From assembly GCF_900232105.1 (NCBI RefSeq), contig NZ_LT934425.1, forward strand, positions 900,001 to 932,000: DNA of 32,000 nucleotides. The letters run 5' to 3'. Position numbers and translations under genes: made by a program. Every line of letters begins with the position of its first letter. Positions within the stretch are counted from its first letter, which is position 1. The stretch is from Candidatus Kuenenia stuttgartensis (GTDB taxonomy: Bacteria > Planctomycetota > Brocadiia > Brocadiales > Brocadiaceae). A model generated the notes under the pieces. The model ran no database searches, was not told where the DNA came from, and saw only the letters and a list, made by a program, of their open reading frames with translations. This document shows positions 28,836 through 32,000 of the stretch, piece by piece.

Positions 28836-28967
28836 CTATCCAAGAATATTGCCGCCATTTACATAACCAGTATGGGCAGCGCCTAATTTCTCAAGCAGTT
28901 CTTCATCTGTATAAGTTTCAATCTTTGGCGGCTCATACGTCAACACGGGTCCATTTTGTACATTCAT
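28836..28967 (-). CDS. Small peptide, candidate RiPP-type precursor
   Basis: Not in the supplied ORF track. The minus-strand ATG at 28965-28967, preceded by AGGAGG about 6 nt upstream, encodes MNVQNGPVLTYEPPKIETYTDEELLEKLGAAHTGYVNGGNILG* (43 aa). It has an acidic, helix-prone leader-like part and a short Gly/Asn tail. Confidence 0.65.
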   Translation of the reverse strand: MNVQNGPVLTYEPPKIETYTDEELLEKLGAAHTGYVNGGNILG

Positions 28968-29091
28968 GTGCAACCTCCTTTCAAAAATGTGTCTGATGTT
29001 CATGATTTAATGGTATCTTAACTTCTACACTTCCCAGAAGAGATAGCGCTCTCTCTGGAAAAAAACTATTCCTTACAATGTTTTCCACGTT

Positions 29092-29967
29092 TTACTCCGA
29101 CACTATTACCCGCACCTTAATTGGCCCATGCATGGTGCTCTTGCCATTTGTATCAATATCTTCCAATGTGTAAAAGTATCTGCCACTGCGATCAAGGATG
29201 TCTAAATAGCTGTAGCTTGCACCATAGACCGCATCGCCAGATGCTTCGATTAATTCATCATTAATTCTGGTGTACGGACCTCCCCTCTGCTTTGCGCGGT
29301 GAATGTTGAAGCCTGCGTTGTATATTTCAGTGACAGTTTCCCATTCCAGCATGATTTCTTCTTCAAATGCGGTAGCCGTAAAAGAGGTAAGCTCTACTGC
29401 GGTAGTTTCACAAAGAACCTCCAAATCTATCGCACTGTCATCAACTGCGGCAGTTTGTTTTTTGCCGTTTACAGATACCTGAGCATGTATATTTAAATTG
29501 TCATATGTACCTTCTGAAAGAGACACTGCAGCTTCCCATCCCTCAGCTTTTCCGCTGTTAAGTCCTATCCACGCAAAATCCGGTGGTGTGCCATCATTGT
29601 TATCATCACCATCAACAAGTTTGGTGGATTTCCCTGACTTTATAAAATTGTCATCCGGCGATGCCAACACTTTCCCAGTCACACCTAATACCAAAGCATA
29701 CAGAATTTCATTTGTACAATCATAACGAAGATAAAGCTTTGCATCGATGGAAGGATTTTTCTTATCAGATCTACCCGCTCTCCACATATTGGCAAAAAAA
29801 TCGCCGCTCCCATCTTCTGCCAGATTCCATTCACTTTCATCACCATCTACCGTCGCCGTGCCAAAAGCTGGCACTGGAGGACTCGCGGCAAAGGCCGATG
29901 AAATAAAACTATTATTCATTATTACACACACTATTAATGCAAATAATGTTATTCCTGCTTTAAACAT
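29092..29967 (-). CDS. Secreted protein, signal peptide plus C-terminal fibronectin-III-like domain
   Basis: The start at 29967 gives MFKAGITLFALIVCVIMNNSFISSAFAASPP (signal peptide). C-terminal VELTSFTATAFEEEIMLEWETVTEIYNAGFNIHRA...YSYLDILDRSGRYFYTLEDIDTNG. The listed ORF extends to 30054. Confidence 0.8.
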   Translation of the reverse strand: MFKAGITLFALIVCVIMNNSFISSAFAASPPVPAFGTATVDGDESEWNLAEDGSGDFFANMWRAGRSDKKNPSIDAKLYLRYDCTNEILYALVLGVTGKVLASPDDNFIKSGKSTKLVDGDDNNDGTPPDFAWIGLNSGKAEGWEAAVSLSEGTYDNLNIHAQVSVNGKKQTAAVDDSAIDLEVLCETTAVELTSFTATAFEEEIMLEWETVTEIYNAGFNIHRAKQRGGPYTRINDELIEASGDAVYGASYSYLDILDRSGRYFYTLEDIDTNGKSTMHGPIKVRVIVSE

Positions 29968-30502
29968 GTATTGTTTCCTTATAAATAATGTTATTGGGAT
30001 TAGCTCACAAAAAAGCTGTTTATTAAACTCCATGCGCTTGGCAAGGGTCTGCACGTTGTTGAAATAATCAATTGATATGCCAATATGATCTAATAATTTC
30101 AGATTTATTGTAATTAATTGCCTAACAATACTTTAGGAATAATATTTTTTTCAGATTATGGTAAACCTGTCAAACAACGAAAGGATAAACCATTGTATAT
30201 TTGTTTTTTTTGCAAAATTTGCAGAAAATCAAACACAGCTCGAAAGCATTGTGATTTGAGGGATTATACAGGCAAAGAGAAAATGTGAAAAATGAAGTCA
30301 CCTTTTTCATTGTATTGGGACGCAATATTTGCGTATAAATAGGGGGATTATTGGTGGAAAGGGCTTGGGTGGCGGAGGTGGTTGTTTTCTGTGACCGTTA
30401 CTTTTGTGGCATTGATAAAAGGTATGTATTTTAGATGTCTCAATTAAGCATCGGAGATGATACTGTTGGTTGTATTTTTACAAAAATCTCACTTCATAAA
30501 AA

Positions 30503-31834
30503 CTAAAAGGTCAATCCCAGGCCAAGAGATACCGCATTTTTCAATAAATCGCCGGAATCAAAAGTATTATCTCTGTTCGCATATGAATAATCAAACTCTG
30601 CAAACCACCATTTTTGAGGGCGATATTTAACATTTAAATGCACATGAAAACTGTCAACATCTTCAACCACACCCGACGTACCAGTCGATTCTGCAAATCT
30701 CATGTTCCAATAATACACATCAAGGTATCCATCAATACGGTCATGTTGGTTAATATATTTTATACCGACTTTTGTGTAAAAATAAGAATTATTATTTGCC
30801 TGCCGTTGTTCTTTCAGACTCCTCTCACCATAAATTTCAACCGATGAAACGGGATTAATGAGATAGCGATCTCCCAGCACAACATTCCATCCCTCAAAAT
30901 TTTCTATGTTACTATGCTTTTTATATTTTGAAGTTCTGTAGTTCGTATTTAAATATATTTCATTTTTCTGATTAATAGTCCAGGAAATGTTTAACGGTAT
31001 GTCGTTTTTATAATTATCTCTATTCTTAGAGGTCTCAGCATCATATCGTTGAATGGAGTAAACGAACCCCGAAGACACCTTAACAGGCAGTAAAGGATAA
31101 TTATATTCTATGATTGCGCCCAGAGTATCAAGATTATAGTCGTCACTCTTAAATTCGTCTTTTTGATAACTCACATCCTGGTTATTATAACGTATCAGAA
31201 AATCAACGTTAGGAAAGAAATCAGGAAAATCCATTTCAAAGGAAGCAATATTTGTGGTAAGGTCTCTTTTCCCAACGAAAACATTCGGCCCCTGATCTTC
31301 AAAAGGGATGTCCAGGTCATCAATATCGCCGAAGGACCTTCTTTGAAAACCAGGAGGAATCACATGTTTTCTAAACCGGTCACTGAAAACAAACGAAAAA
31401 TCATTTGCGAAATAAAATCCAAGCGAGCCTTCCCACGATTGATTCACGCGATCCCTTTCCTGTTCATGCTCGTAATCATAAATCTCTACATCATATTTGA
31501 AATGTGAAAGCAAGTAATCTGAAAAAGGTGCTGCAATCAATAATGATGGCCGATGCAAGGTATAAAGATCAGAAACCTCTTCCTCTGCCGCATCATATAC
31601 ATTGTCATCATATATTTCATTTACCTGATATGAGGGCTTTATACCGACAGGCCCAATATGAATATCGTTATATAACAACGAAAGCTCATCCATAATATTA
31701 AATTCTGATGCGGCAGAAAGCCCCTTCATTTCATAATTATCAACATCTATTTCCTCAGACATTCCACAAGGATATCGATATGCCGCAGAAAAAAAGACCA
31801 ATAATAGTATAAACCTAAAATATTTTACGCCCAA
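30503..31834 (-). CDS. Outer-membrane beta-barrel protein
   Basis: 443 aa with a signal-like N-terminus, alternating amphipathic strands and abundant aromatics. The C-terminal strand ends in AVSLGLGLTF (terminal Phe). Confidence 0.75.
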   Translation of the reverse strand: MGVKYFRFILLLVFFSAAYRYPCGMSEEIDVDNYEMKGLSAASEFNIMDELSLLYNDIHIGPVGIKPSYQVNEIYDDNVYDAAEEEVSDLYTLHRPSLLIAAPFSDYLLSHFKYDVEIYDYEHEQERDRVNQSWEGSLGFYFANDFSFVFSDRFRKHVIPPGFQRRSFGDIDDLDIPFEDQGPNVFVGKRDLTTNIASFEMDFPDFFPNVDFLIRYNNQDVSYQKDEFKSDDYNLDTLGAIIEYNYPLLPVKVSSGFVYSIQRYDAETSKNRDNYKNDIPLNISWTINQKNEIYLNTNYRTSKYKKHSNIENFEGWNVVLGDRYLINPVSSVEIYGERSLKEQRQANNNSYFYTKVGIKYINQHDRIDGYLDVYYWNMRFAESTGTSGVVEDVDSFHVHLNVKYRPQKWWFAEFDYSYANRDNTFDSGDLLKNAVSLGLGLTF

Positions 31835-32000
31835 AATATCTCCTTAGAGTATTACCTTGTAAAAACTTCTTTTTTTGTAAGTTTTTCTTCGTGCCGCACT
31901 AGTACATCGTTTCGTTAAAATGTGTACGTAAAAAAATATCATTGCGAGGAGTGGAGCGACGAAGCAATCTCTTGTTCCCAAAAGACTTAAGATTGTTTCG

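Noticed and set aside
28836-28967. Classical lasso peptide interpretation of the 43-aa ORF
   Set aside because: The predicted core lacks an Asp/Glu at position 7-9 for macrolactam formation, and no lasso cyclase or transglutaminase-like protease is seen in the window. Kept only as a generic RiPP-like candidate.
28763-28996. Plus-strand 77-aa ORF 28763..28996
   Set aside because: It is antisense to the 43-aa minus-strand peptide ORF, which has a much stronger RBS and a leader-like composition.

Overview
This 32 kb window is consistent with a Planctomycetes/anammox-like (Brocadiales-type) chromosome; that taxonomy is inferred from gene style only. At the left edge is a restriction-modification island: the 3' part of a DpnM-like GATC adenine methylase, a DpnII-like endonuclease, a second unusual N4/N6-type DNA methyltransferase with a C-terminal extension, a small unknown protein, and a protein with weak HhH-glycosylase-like and Cys-cluster signatures. 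A housekeeping block follows: HU/IHF, RseC-like, a S41 C-terminal processing protease, a SurA/PpiD-like protein, RibF, PncB and NadE. It is interrupted by an IS630-family element whose insertion into a HicB-like gene can be reconstructed to the base. The right third is accessory: a PqiA-like protein, a UPF0175 antitoxin, a secreted mono-heme/poly-Gly protein, a PqqD-family protein, a S24/S26 peptidase, a C25 (gingipain-like) peptidase, a HprK-like kinase, a secreted protein and an outer-membrane beta-barrel. Within it is an unlisted 43-aa ORF on the minus strand (28836..28967) with a strong RBS and a leader-like sequence (MNVQNGPVLTYEPPKIETYTDEELLEKLGAAHTGYVNGGNILG). It is the best candidate for a RiPP-like precursor, lying near the PqqD, HprK-like and protease genes. 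Several dispersed palindromic repeat families occur in the intergenic DNA.
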